A stretch of DNA of 64,000 bases from Nemertoderma westbladi (Eukaryota; Animalia; Xenacoelomorpha). Below are positions 10,143 to 23,900 of this stretch, piece after piece. A program made the translations under genes and the position numbers. How positions within the stretch are numbered: the stretch's first letter is position 1; each line of letters opens with the position of its first letter. The stretch covers positions 1 through 64,000 of the forward strand of contig JAUCBJ010003973.1 of NCBI GenBank assembly GCA_032718475.1. The letters run 5' to 3'. Under the pieces are notes generated by a model. That model was not told the DNA's origin, did not search any database, and saw only the letters and a list, made by a program, of their open reading frames with translations.

Positions 10143-11975
10143 TTAACCATAGCCGTAGGCCATATGGGTTATTAGCTATCAGTGGCTCTTTCCTCTGTTT
10201 GGAGGTACTGTACATTTATGTTAGTAAAAAAGTAAGCATTTTTAGCAAAATATTGAGTTTGCTTTATGACGCGTAACTTTGATTGTAAAGTATAAACTTA
10301 GTTTTTAGTTTTTTTTAAATCTGAAACAAATGGCAAACATTTCTAAACGAAAAAATTTTCCTTTTTTTCATTTTTTTTTGTCATTTTTTTCATTTTTTTT
10401 TTCATTTTTTTTTTCATTTTTTTTCATTTTTTTTTCATTTTCTTTCTTTATGTTTTAAACCCAAAAATAATTACTTATATTATATTCTGATTTATTTCAA
10501 ATGGGGTGGGTACATAGTGAAACATCCTAGAAATACACCAGGTTTGTCTGGACAAACAGCACAAATAAATCTACTTTTTTTCACAGTCTTGTTTACCCAA
10601 CAGACCCGACAACGCTTCTGGGGTCGCGACGTCTTATCAGTTGCGCCCATCTTTACTGGTGTATGTACCGGTGCTGTAGTTCCTATGGGCTGCACTTGAG
10701 AAGATCGAGACTTGTCTCTCTTAGTTGGTATTTAGGTGAGGTAATCAACCGCATCCATAACAAAGTCACTGAAGTTATAGTGTTTGGGAGTGGATTTATC
10801 AGTTCGGTACCGAATGAAACTATTGAGTAATAGACGCTGAATAAGATGCAAACCTAATTTCACAAACAATGAATACGTTTTCCGTGGGTGTAAACGCTAC
10901 GCCGACAACCGACTACCGACAACCAACGCCGACAACCATTATTAAAGCTAATTAATGTCATTTATTAATTGAAGGAAAGGTACAGGATACAGTATAAGTT
11001 ATTCTAACCAAAACAATAAACGAGAGTCACGAACTCAGGTTACATTTTTAACTCTACTGTTGTCGGCAGTGGTTGTCGACTGTCGGTTGTCGGCGTAGCG
11101 TTTACACCCGTTTTCCGTTTAACGTACAGCTTTCGCACCACGTTCTTCATATAGTTTTAGTAACCGTTGATTTGTGCATTTACACAGAATTTCAATAAGT
11201 TTGTCAGCTAAAAATAGATCAACATAGTCGCCAACCTTATAATCGTTTGTATCGATATTATCATGATAACCAGCAGCTGTCCCATCAAAGTCCTCCTCTA
11301 CAACATTGGGTCTAAGTGACCCAGCCCCAAGTTGCCGCCCTCTATTATATTCCAGATTTCTCATATATTTTCTCAAACTCGAGTTATTTGTAAAACGTAA
11401 GAACTTGTGTGCTTTTGACAAACCTTGGAGCAGCACGTTATATAATTGAATATAATTATGTATAAAATTGCTAAAATGTGTTTTATTAACTATTTGTATT
11501 TATCTCGACCGGCGTGTATAATATTATTATTATTAGTTATATTTTTAGAAAGAATGAAAACAGGTTAAAAGAAAGAATTCATTAATTTCCTAAATATTTT
11601 AATTGTCCCTTAAACTTTATTTTTATCTATTAATGACCTTTTTTCATGACAAACGCTATTTCTCAGCTAATTTTTACAGAAATGTGTAGAAATTTGGTAC
11701 ACTTGTTAAAAATAGCTTTGTCAATAAACATTCTTAACAAATTTTGATAAACATGCCCAGGAGCCTTTTTGGATCAAAGGTATCTAAAAAAGCTCTTTTG
11801 TACAATGCATAAAATTTTCAGATACAACCTGGAGGAAAAGTGCAAACATTACCAACAGTAGCCCATTTGAGGAATTCTCTAAAAATTTGGGAATGTACAA
11901 ATTTGCGTTTCGTAGTTAACATAAATTCTTAATTCAGGGGGCGGAGTCGTCCCCTAGAGAGCCAATAGGGTTTAA
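10143..11975 (-). mobile_element. Internally deleted piggyBac transposon
   Basis: Remnant motifs: YVDLFLADKLIEILCKCTNQR (N-terminal), RKTYSLFVKLGLHLIQRLLLNSFI, and the Cys-rich tail RCRVC...SRFICAVCPDKPG..C. TTAA-like ends; boundaries approximate. Confidence 0.8.
10886..11109. mobile_element. Mutator-type MITE inserted in the piggyBac remnant
   Basis: TIR gggtgtaaacgctacgccgacaaccgac; 9-bp TSD gttttccgt at 10877-10885 and 11110-11118. Confidence 0.92.
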
Positions 11976-12072
11976 CAATGCAACATTTATAGGATACTGT
12001 AATTTCAGATTGTTATTGATAGTAAATTAAATACAGCCCGTAAGTAATCGTCCACCTTTAAGGTAAAATCTA

Positions 12073-12754
12073 GGATAGTTCTTTTTACAGAACACAGTAG
12101 AACACAGCAGAACACAATAGAATACAGGCGGAACATAGGCGAACACAGCTGTAATTAAAATCTACACCAAAAAATAACACACTTGGGAAAGTACCAGACT
12201 TAATCATACAACTGTAAGATGTCAATTACATATTTAAATTAAATGGCGGTTTTCCATATCCTCCAAAATAAATTACCTGATCAGAGTTGCCCGATCAGCT
12301 GTTCGGTTAGGCCTGTACCTGTTACCAGTCCAGCAGTCTGCCTGTCAGCCTGTTCCAGTACTGCAGTAGGCCTAGTGCTGTAGAGACATGTACAGACTGA
12401 CAGACTGTACATTGTACAGACAGACAGATGTAGGCATTTACCGGCAATTACCGGGCACAGTGTAGAGTATATTACCAATGTACTGATGTAGGCCTACTCA
12501 GCTACCGGTACTGTACTGCTGTAGAACTAACCAACTCTCCATGGTTACAGGATAATGAGAAGTAATTTATTTTGGAGGATATGGAAAACCGCCATTTAAT
12601 TTAAATATGTAATTGACATCTTAAGTTGTATGATTAAATCCGGTACTTTCCCAAGTGTGTTATTTTTTGGTGTAGATTTTAATTACAGCTGTGTTCGCCT
12701 ATGTTCCGCCTGTATTCTATTGTGTTCTGCTGTGTTCTGTAAAAAGATATATCC
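12073..12754. mobile_element. Mutator-type foldback MITE with ~200-bp TIRs
   Basis: Arms at ~12073-12276 and ~12562-12754; 9-bp TSD taaaatcta. Confidence 0.92.
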
Positions 12755-12888
12755 TAAAATCTACTGTATTCATTTATATAGGATAAGTTCAGATTGTTAT
12801 TGATAGAGAGAACTACTTTAACTATATACCTACTTTAAGAGAGAATCTATATTCCATCACCTTGATATAATATACAATGAGTTTTGTT

Positions 12889-13593
12889 CTAGAACTCTTT
12901 GAGAACTATTGCAATAATAATTAACCCAACCAGCTGACACTTTGCCATTTGAATGACATTAGCCGAACTGTTATCTGTTGTACCCGATATGTTTTCCGTT
13001 GTTGGTGCGGGAGTGGAGGTTATCTCGTGTTTCCAGACCGGGGCTGGGCATGGGCCAGTGTCGCAACACTGGGATTGGCAAGTGAAGTGTGTTATTGTGA
13101 GATCCTGTTGAAGGTAGTTGTAATAGGACATATAACCAAAGAGGTTGGTAGTGAAACGTTTCATGGCTGGATCATCATCTGGGTCAGGTTCAGAATTTGG
13201 AAGGACAACTGTCCACATATAGATGCAGCCTTCTTCGCCAAGTGGGAGACAATAGAGCCGGTAAACCTCAGGAAAGCATAGGCTTTGCGACATCTTAATA
13301 GTGACATCATCCTCGTATTCAGCGGACCAACCAGTGAATACCAATGATATGACTCCACACCGAACGCAACCAGACCAGAACTCCTCTCTACCTAATTCGT
13401 TGCTTTCCAGAAACTTATCAAGTCTGGCTTCATATACATTTTGCAACTCGACATTTTTTGAAGACACTGACCTATTAGTTTCGGTTGGACATGAGAATTT
13501 CTTCAAAGTTGTATTGCTGATCTGAGTAGCTGCGATGTTGAATGTTACTAACAGAACACAAATAGTTACCCAACGATAGATGAAAGTTGACAT
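12889..13593 (-). CDS. Cys-rich secreted, probably GPI-anchored surface protein (divergent Ly6/uPAR-like)
   Basis: 234-aa ORF: N-terminal hydrophobic signal, Cys-rich domain ending TCQSQCCDTGPC, Thr/Ser-rich stalk, hydrophobic C-terminus. Splice acceptor-like ttccag about 23 nt upstream of the ATG. Confidence 0.7.
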   Translation of the reverse strand: MSTFIYRWVTICVLLVTFNIAATQISNTTLKKFSCPTETNRSVSSKNVELQNVYEARLDKFLESNELGREEFWSGCVRCGVISLVFTGWSAEYEDDVTIKMSQSLCFPEVYRLYCLPLGEEGCIYMWTVVLPNSEPDPDDDPAMKRFTTNLFGYMSYYNYLQQDLTITHFTCQSQCCDTGPCPAPVWKHEITSTPAPTTENISGTTDNSSANVIQMAKCQLVGLIIIAIVLKEF

Positions 13594-14827
13594 AACGACA
13601 TTCCTACACCATGTCCTGGAATATAGTCTATTCGAGCGATTTAAATTTTTTAAACAATGTTGAGACTTTTTTTAGAATATTTTTTTTTTGGGATTTTGCA
13701 CATTAAATAAACTTATTTAACCAATAATACTTTGATCAAACTAATGAATTTACATTACCGGTCGGTATAACAGTTACAGTACTACTGTACACGTACGCCT
13801 CCTTGCAGTAGGCTAATATAATATTTTGAAATTTTCGAATTTTACAAGGTCATTTTAGGGCGTTTTCAAAATTGCAATATTCGGAAAATTTAAATAGATT
13901 TTCTGATATCCGTAGAATTATCTGCCATCTACCTAGAAAATATTTCAGAAAACCAGAAATATATTAAAATTTAGAAATTAAAATAATGATATGTTATTAC
14001 ATTAACTCAAATTATCAGTCAAATTCTACTATTTCGTTGTGGTGCTTCAGTCACTGAATTACGTATTTCCAGGATACAATTGAATGAATTGAGTTACTAT
14101 TTTACAAAAAAAATTAAAAGTAAATGTAACTTTGAAATAATTGCTGCTCAGCAGTAAATTTTTCCGTGAGACGTTATGAGATTATTATATTCATAATTGC
14201 CTATTAAACATAAGAAACCGTGGTTCATGCTGTGCTGTATACTGCAACGTAGGCCAATACTGTACTCTACATAGAACACCCTATACACTTTATGCATACT
14301 CTAAATAGAACACCCTATACAGTTTATGCATACTGTATGCTTAGTATTAAACTACATTGTGGTAATCGTTATGATGGATCATATTATACGGCATTGTAGT
14401 CGAGTTTTGGAGCCTTCCTGGCTATTTATTTAAATCGATACCCACTTTCTCGGGATTCAGTTAATACAAGAGAGTTATAATATAAACATTGCCGTAATTT
14501 TAATGTCATGTTTAAAAAAAACCAGTATTATTCATACCGTTGTTAACAGCTGATAACAGTGCAATATTCAGTCAGAGTAAGAATTCATTTGGAATACTGC
14601 CAATAAACAGTTTCTATTGGACAGTCCAAACTTGAAATTCTTCATAGGGTAGTATTATTGTGTGTTAAATATCTTATACAGCTGATAGCCAACTAAGAGA
14701 TAATCGACCTTTCATAATACATAGTGTAATAGACTTTCAATAGGAATCCCTAAATGGAAATTGTTATAACTTGGAAACTAAAAGACCCATTAAATAGCGG
14801 TTTTCAGATTTGGAAACACAATTCAAT

Positions 14828-15104
14828 AAAAGTAAAAAGTAAATTTTCTTCGGCCGCTAGGCCATGGATTACGCACAAAGTCTGACGACTTATTTCCAGT
14901 GCGGTCCCCCCAGAACTTTACTCCCCAGAGGAAACTCTAGTACTCATTTAGCTACCACTTAAGGCTGCAAGGCAGAGATGCGCCCTGGCTGTTCCCTTTA
15001 AAACATTCGTGCCGAAACGAAAACTGCCCGGGCCCATGTGAGGATCGAACCCACGACCTTCAGGAAATGTGAATTCAAAGCAACCACTACACCAAGGTGG
15101 AACC
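14828..15104 (-). mobile_element. tRNA-derived SINE
   Basis: A box TGGTGTAGTGG, B box GGTTCGATCC, (TTTAC)-type tail. Near-identical copy at 51280-51560. Confidence 0.9.
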
Positions 15105-15519
15105 CTTGGTTCGTCCACAATCGTGCATTAAAATAGATCACAATTATAATTTCGACATATTTTGGACCAAAATGGTGTACCCCCCCCCCCCCCCCCCCTT
15201 TAATGTTGCCAAAACATAAGTCAAATTCCCTCTATACAGTATTAATTAAATACATTAAACTATTAGAACAGTCAACTCTACACACTATTATGAAATTAAT
15301 TGCAGTTACTCCAAGAACTCTACGGTAAATAATCTTACACTTAGCATCACTTAGCATACAATATGGCTATCATCAATAGAGAATAGTCGAGAGGTGTTCT
15401 AGAAGTGTATATTTACTATGTGAGTGATTTACATAATCTAACATACCCTCTTGCCTTGCTTTCGAAACCAGAACCTTCCATTTTATAGCAAAATATTACA
15501 TACTGTATATTTACGCTAT

Positions 15520-16072
15520 ATTTATATATGTATATTTACATATACTATATGTATATTTACATATACTATATGTATATTTACATATACTATATGTATATTT
15601 ACATATACTATATGTATATTTACATATACTATATGTATATTTACATATACTATATGTATATTTACATATACTATATGTATATTTACATATACTATATGTA
15701 TATTTACATATACTATATGTATATTTACATATACTATATGTATATTTACATATACTATATGTATATTTACATATACTATATGTATATTTACATATACTAT
15801 ATGTATATTTACATATACTATATGTATATTTACATATACTATATGTATATTTACATATACTATATGTATATTTACATATACTATATGTATATTTACATAT
15901 ACTATATGTATATTTACATATACTATATGTATATTTACATATACTATATGTATATTTACATATACTATATGTATATTTACATATACTATATGTATATTTA
16001 CATATACTATATGTATATTTACATATACTATATGACATGTATATTTACATATACTATATGTATATTTACAGT
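15520..16072. repeat. Near-perfect 21-bp tandem repeat (tatatgtatatttacatatac)n, ~26 copies
   Basis: Direct repeats; each unit holds an 8-bp inverted repeat. Confidence 0.97.
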
Positions 16073-18643
16073 ATATATTAACGAAACAAAATTCACTCCC
16101 CTCCAGCGGAGAATCGACGCAAATAACAGCTGATTACTCTCAAAAATAAAACTGTAACCTGTTCTATTGACTTTTCGTTTATTGTTTTGGTTAGAATAAC
16201 GTGCCACTGTAACCTGATCCTGCCCTTAATTGATAATTTAAGGCGGGATTTGCGTCAAGTCCCCCCCCCCCCCCTGTCTCTAAACACAATATGTAAATAA
16301 ATAGTTATTAAATTGTCCTCACAATAATTAATCCCCTATCATAAAGTGTCAACTATTATACTTTAATTTTGTTTACAGTTGTTGTTTTTAATTTATTTAT
16401 TATTTAAATAAATTTCACCGGATATTAAAAAAATACTACAATAAATATGCATAATGAAGCATTTACTACACCCTGTTTTCAAAGTCACCATCAGAACAAG
16501 TTTGTCGAAAAAGATTTAAATCTAAAATAATCTACAAGCGTATTTATTGAATAGAATAATATTCAATAACCTGGAGAGAAATATATAAAAATTATAGAAA
16601 ATGATAATTTAATTAATGATTGGTTGATTAAATGATTAATAGTGCAGAATGTTAGAGAATTATATATATATAAACAGATAAATAGCACTTAAAGCACATA
16701 ATGACTAATAATAATATATAACGCCATAAATAATATATATATATATATGATTTTGTGTTTAAATGGGATGCAAAAATACGAACGACTTTTGGGACGGTGA
16801 GATCCTGTATTATAAAATAGTGAAGTGAATTTGTTAAATCCGTTGAATAAAAAAATTAATGAATTATTAAATTATTAATGTTAAATTATTAATTACTAAT
16901 AATTAATTAACAGCCTCGATAGTGTAAATCCCACTCACGAAAAGCTTGATCCCATTAAACACCCTGTGTCCTAGTTGTTATTAATTATTGTACGCTAAAC
17001 AATGAATGTCCCAAAAATGCACCCAAAACAGCCAAAAATGTTTGTGTTTGTGGGTGTAGTGTGACTCAATCAAATGGCATAATTATTGGCTTCGGACACC
17101 CCCCCCCCCCCCCCCCCACCCATTATTACCGCCGTCTGGGTTTAATAAGATCTCATGAAGTTTAAGGGTGATAAATTTACGGCGGCTATATTTTAATTTA
17201 TAGCCCTCATAAAAAAATTGTTAAATTACTGTTATAAAAATGAAACGTTTGTGTTTTTGATCACTGATAATTAAAATTAATAGGAACAACCTGTATACCG
17301 GTATACACCAATATTATGTCCTAATAAAGTGGCAAATCTTGATGAGATGGCATGATATTTGAAACAAAGATAGTTTTATCTCCTGACTTCTTAGGCAGCT
17401 TCACCGCAGATATTATACCTGTAACCTTGCTACTATTCTTCAATCTTATAGCTTGGCCGGCTGATATTGTTGGGAAGGTAAACAATATCAGAATTTCTTT
17501 GAGCAATATCAGTCGTTGGAATATTTTTCTAAATCCACTATATCGTGGCTTTAAGTGTCAGTCGATTTATGTCGGATTTTACCTTTTTATACAATTCTAG
17601 ACTTTAAGACATGTTCTATCAGCTGATGAAGTTTTGAACACTTTAACAAATGGGAAGTGATGTTTTACGTAATAAAGTGAATTCCAAGAATCCTATTGGG
17701 CAATATTTTACTGCAGAAACGCCCAATGTATCTCTATATCTTTTATAGGCTCTCCTGAACAATTGCATTTTTTGACTTATGGCCTCATGACACTTAAGTT
17801 ACGATATGTAATAATTACACAAAATTATGTAAAATTTAATGTTACAGTGATACTAGAAAATTTCATCAAAATTTGCTCCAATTTCACAAATTTGAAATTA
17901 CAATTCCATTATACATTTGGAATCCTTGCAATGCCAACTTATCACAAAACCGCTATAAAAAATGGAGACACACACTATTTTAAAAGCTTGTAGCTAAAGA
18001 TTTAAACAAAAATAAAAATTTTGACTTACCCAGTAAACATCTTGGGACGTCAAACTTATGTTTCAAATATTAGGCCATCAGTATTTAATGTATAAGAACT
18101 GTACCCTGTACTGTGTCCTGTACCATGTACTGTATCCTGTACCATGTACTGTATCCTGTACCATGTACTGTATCCTGTACCCATTATATTCACACGAAAA
18201 TTGATGAAAATTTCACGAATATAAATTATTCAACTCCAATGTAAATAATGTCACCAAAAAAAATTAAATATGCAAACACCAAAGACAATGTATAATAGGG
18301 TCCGGTCCCCATTACTGATTAAAAGGGTATCCTGATCCCGAAAAATACAGTGAAAAATACAATCCCGATCCCGATCCGTTTTTTTTTGGAACGGGATCCC
18401 GATAGTGAAGAACCGGAACAGAAATGAATTGATTATATCGAATTAATATGTCAATAAACCATCCAGTAATTTTATCTTATAAATGTTACATCAGTGTGAA
18501 ATAAACTTACCAGTAGATAAAGTTGCCAAATAACCTGCATTATACTTACACAGCCACATAATAAACTGAACACTGTTCAATCCCGGTCCCGATCTCGTTT
18601 AAACACTAGCCCCATTGCCAATTATCTATGCCGAAAAAATATC

Positions 18644-18791
18644 TTAACTTTAAAGTAAACACTAGAGTCTTACACCCCTTAAACTACAAAAAAAATATAG
18701 AATCAGGCAGTATTTTGGGCTTAATGTCCTGATTCTATATTTTTTTTGTAGTTTAAGGGGTGTAAGACTCTAGTGTTTACTTTAAAGTTAA
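18644..18791. repeat. Perfect inverted repeat with ~64-bp arms and a 20-bp spacer
   Basis: 18644-18707 is the reverse complement of 18728-18791; TTAA at both outer ends. Confidence 0.9.
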
Positions 18792-19962
18792 TATATACAT
18801 AACAACCCCCTGTTAGTCAGTATGTCGGTACATTCAATTATCACGAAAAAATATCTAGCATACATCATAAAAATAAGTAAAGAATTTCAATGGATGCTAA
18901 ATGTATCCTTCCGCAACATTAATACATATTGCCCTATAATAACCACAGCAGCCCCCTATACCCCAAAATAAATAAAACACTTTCCAAAAATAGAAATACA
19001 TATTAAGATTTGTAGAAAACCAATAATAATTACTATGGAGCGAGTACCAACAGTACATATTTAAATTGAGGGAATATATTTCAGGAAAATATATTTGGTG
19101 TTGAATAATTTAATTCAAGGTGGTATCTTTACAGACATACACTGGTTTTCTAATTAATTTGTTAGATTAAAAGAAATACAAAAATTTAATATAATATAAA
19201 TAAGATGTTATCTCAAGCAACAAAAATAACGTCAATAAATTTATAAATATGTTTTTTTAATATAAATCAACTTAACCAATAACGAACTGCGATATACATA
19301 AACCACTTTTCCATTGCCATGCTGACCAATCTGTTGGTATTAATTAATTAAAAAATAAACGTAGGAATGTGCCTTACCCCTGGTTGCAGTTCATTAATCC
19401 CGTTGAACATGTTGCCAAGTAAAAGTGTTTGATAGAAATGTTATTACAAGTATTAAAGATTAAAAAAAGTAACAGAATATACAATAAATGAAATAGTTAT
19501 GTTATTGTACAATTAGTTAATTATTAAAGGGATAATATTTTATGCTCAATAAGACCAGGAAGACCAGTCCACCACACCGCCATGGGTGATCTAACACAGG
19601 GAAAATAAACCCTTTCATTCTGTTTCTCATACAATACTATGGCCCCTGGTTTTAGTTACAATAGCATCGGCCAATAAATGATTTAACTCAATTTATATAT
19701 AGATCCTCGGCCTCGCACAATTAATATACATTATATACCGGTATATATCATTTTGAGATAGGCCTATGTAAAATAAATAACCAGATAGATAGATACAATA
19801 TAACAGATCAATTATTTATATTTAATGTAGGTTTTTTATGTATTCATATTGCAAAGATCATTTACCATTCAAACCAAAGGTTCAATCAGTTAATCAATAA
19901 ATTATTAATCTAATGATATATTGAGTCGTCATACACCTACACCATTTGTGCAATATCTCGAG

Positions 19963-20602
19963 GTCGTCGAGGTGGAACCCCATCTCCAGCCGATCGAGGG
20001 CGAGTCATTCCGCCTGAGATCTGCTACGGTAGACCCGGAGGCCCGTCTGGACGTTGCGGCGAGTGGGCTGTGGGGTGGGCGTTTCGAGCGGGTGTATATC
20101 GACGTCAAGGTATTCAATCCTCTGTGCTCCTCCAATCCTCGCTCCGTGGATGCTGCTTACAGCAAACATGAGCGAGAGAAACGGAGGAATTACGAGGAGA
20201 GAATCAAAGACGTCGAGCATGCCGGCTTCTCGCCTTTTGTAATTGCTACAACTAGTGGGGCCAGCCGCTCAGCCCACGCGATCCTCACACGCATCGCGCT
20301 CCTACTGGCGGCGAAACGGGACGCTCCCTACTCGCAGACTCTCTCCCTCATCAGGACTCTGTTTAGTTTCACCCTCCTCCGTTCCTCCATCATGTGCCTC
20401 CGGGGCGCACGGATGCCGAAGGCTAGGCTGGCAACGAGACAGACGATGCGGGAGACCGGCGTGAGCGCGGCTGTATCCGAGGCTGGGATTGCGTTAAATA
20501 GTTGTAATTAATTAATTGATTGTTGTTAATTTTGGTTAATTTTGTTTAATTTGCTAAAATTTGATCAATATACATAAAAATGAAAAAAAAATAAAAAAAA
20601 AA
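19963..20602 (+). mobile_element. 5'-truncated CRE-like (restriction-like endonuclease) non-LTR retrotransposon
   Basis: RLE motifs ARLDV...IDVKVFNP...HEREKRRNYE...FSPFVIATTSG, poly(A) tail, 17-bp TSD ttgtgcaatatctcgag (19946-19962 and 20603-20619). Confidence 0.9.
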
Positions 20603-20938
20603 TTGTGCAATATCTCGAGAATTTGACTCCCTCCACTCAAGTTTGGATGTGTTGTTTTGACCCCCCCCCCCCCCCCCCTCACATAAAAAAGGTTTTTTGG
20701 TGCTAAACAATCACGACAATCGACAAGTTCGCAATTTAAAAAGGGTACTGGTATATATTTTTGCTACTAGACCAATTTCATGTCTATTATATATATACCG
20801 GTATACACCGGTATATAATTCTTATCCTGTAAAAAATAACCAATTAAACCAAAATTTCCAAAAAAAAGGCACATTCCTACTGTGAATTAAATATTAAAAA
20901 ACAATGAAACACATGATCTAGCAAAACATTTCTCGCCC

Positions 20939-23900
20939 TTACGGGGGTAACTCCGGGGGGAAGGGCGATAGAGCTTCCACTAACTGATCCATAGTTACGC
21001 TACCATCCGAGTTATTCTGTACCTCTTCAAGGTAACCCAGTAACTGGTTGAGATCATTCTCTAGAGACTCGGGAGAAACCCCATCCCCAGTGCAGTACTG
21101 AGTCAAAAACGAATCCAAACTTGAGTCGCTCATTTCTTCGGAGACTGACATTGTTGATTGAGGGTTCGTATTCATACATGGGGTGATAGTCTGCTCATTG
21201 TAGCTCCCATACTGCGATGTTAAAGTCGGCAAAGAGTTTGATAAAGGTAATGATGTAGTTTGGTGGGGGAAGTGATGCGGCGAGTCAGTATCCATGGCTT
21301 CAGGACCTTTAGATACTTGCGAAGATGTCTGACTACAATGAGTACCAGTAGACAATAATGTCACACATTGTGATGTGTTAGGTCTCATAAATACAATGTT
21401 TGTATCATTAGTGTTTGTTAGTATGTTATTATTATGTGCTTGACAGTCACGTCGATTCGAAGATAAATCGACTGGTTGTTCGTAATCAAAACCCTGATGT
21501 TTGTTTGGGAACATTTCCGCGGGGTGAGTTTGTTGAGGCTGGTGATTCGCTACTCTGGATGATGTTTGTTGTTGCATATCTTGGTGTTGTACCAGGCATT
21601 GATGTAAAAGGGCCCGAAAACTATTTGCATCCATATTCTGTAAGGCTTTGGGAACCTCAACAGAGAAATTATACCCTTTAAGGTTGATCACCATGTGTTG
21701 GTTACTGTTACACCTGGAATGACCTTTGCCTTTATCACATCGTACAGTTTGGTAATCAGACTTTAGGAGTTGTTGTTGATGATATTCTGGGTTTGCAGGT
21801 TGCTGATGATACTCTGGTTTCACATGTTGTGGTTGATATTCAGAGCTTGAGGTTTGCTGACCATATTCCTGATTTACAACTTGCTGACGATATTCTTGGT
21901 ATAGAGGTTGCGATTGATATTCTGGGGTCACACCTAGTGCATGATATTCTGGATTCAAAGATTTCTGTTGGTTGTAATCCTGGTTCGTTGACTGAGATTG
22001 GAGATTATGGAATTCAAATTGTGCTGACACAGCATCATCAATATGCATTTGTGGGGATTGCAATTGTGATGTAGACTTATACACATTATCCACAGCATAT
22101 GGGGACCCTCTGTCACCACCTCCCACTCCTATATTTGGGCTATTACCACTTTGCCCAGGGCTAATTTCCATAGTGGCAGGTTGTTCTCTCTCCACGGGGA
22201 TGTTGGTAAATGACTGCATATGATTTGGTTGTGATTCAGATGACGGGTCATAATGATGCAGAACATATTTTTGTGGAAAACCCTCTATCTTTTGTTCATA
22301 ATTTTGTAAATCATATTTTGGGGTTGGTTGAGATGATTCTGGTTTAATCTCCTGGCGATACAAACCATCACTTTGAACTAACGCAGATTCAGGTTTAAAC
22401 TCATTACCTACAAAATTTGGATCATTAAAAAAGGAATCTATGTTGCACACTTCCGATTGTGTGTTCATCAGAGAGCCAACTTCTGCACTACCAACATCCA
22501 TCTTATGATGCGGCAGACTCTGGTGCATATGAGTGCCAGCACCTGCCCCAGGGTCAATAAATGGCTGCGAATGATTTTGTAATTGCTGCAGGAAACTTCC
22601 CTCATGAGTTAATATTGGGGATTGAAAAGATTGCATTAAAGGCTGTTGAGCAAGACCATCAGTCGACTGACTGCCATTAGTCACTAGAACCTGTACTTTG
22701 TTTGGTTGATCAATGTGTAATTGTTGCTGCATAGTCATCAAGGATGGAGAAATCATATCGGGAAAAGTAAACATTTGCTTAGCTTGAGAGAATCCGATAT
22801 CCTGGTTAAAGTGAGATACCGGTACTTTATTAGAAATGATTGGCATAATTTGATTAAAACAACTTGTTATGGTGTCACTGCCATGGGAAACGTAACCAGA
22901 AACCTCTATTCCATGAGAAATCATCGCTGCATTACTTGCCAGAAGTTGCGAACAGACAGCCGTTGTATTTGATTTTGTGTCTACTCGAGCCTGTTGCATT
23001 AAATGATGCAATGATATATTGGATGCACCCGAGGACACACAATTATTACTGTAAGAGGATGCATTCCCTCGACTGCCTGAAAATGATGATGTCAGAGTAT
23101 GTCCAATATTATTCATAGAAACAGGTGCAATTCCACCCAAATCTAACAAAGGCCCTGTGGGTGGCACTGAAGGAAACACAAATACCACAGGGCTAGTCGG
23201 CGTATAAGTGTATTGTGGTCCAGTTGTGATAGTGGTACCAGAGGAACACATTGATGATGCTGGACGTTTCCCTGAACCTGATGGTACTGAATTTGCTTCA
23301 ATTTGAATATTCTCAGAGATATTGTAATGGGTGTCATCTCGTTTCACAGCAAGGGATGGGTCCATTGGAACTTGTTTCGAATTCTGCATTTGGTTTAGAA
23401 TAACATGTTTTACTGCTTCCAATCTGGCTTCCACATTATCATTGACAGAGTAAGCAGGAGTATGAGGGCCTGATATAAAACTGGATGGTGTTTGCTGCTC
23501 CGAACCATTATTTGGGATGCCAGTGCTGCAAATAGAATTACCAGAGTGTTTACTCGCTACCACAAAACCATCATCATAATTAGATGATGTTTGTATGGAC
23601 ATTATTGCGTCTTCTGATGGAAACTGCTTCTGGTGTCGCTTAGATGGTGGCTGGCAGTCTGCAGATGCTTTAGTGGAAGCTGTTTGCAATGTTGACAGTT
23701 GTTGCAAATCACTAGTCGTCATTAAAAAGATTCCTTGTTTACCAAGAACTGTCAGAAGGTCATTGCTGTGGACCAGTGAAGGGTTAGTCTGAATCAATCT
23801 CTGAACTGACTTGAGCAATTCTGGATTAGGCCCATTTGTTGCCTGGGCAATTAACCAATGCTCTGGAACCTTGTAATGACCACTGGCATCAGAAGTGAGA

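Noticed and set aside
15451-16133. ORFs of 175-201 aa
   Set aside because: Translation of the 21-bp repeat.
17320-17700. Coding-like tract with faint resemblance to a glutathione S-transferase C-terminus
   Set aside because: Multiple stops and only a vague motif match; cannot be supported without a search.
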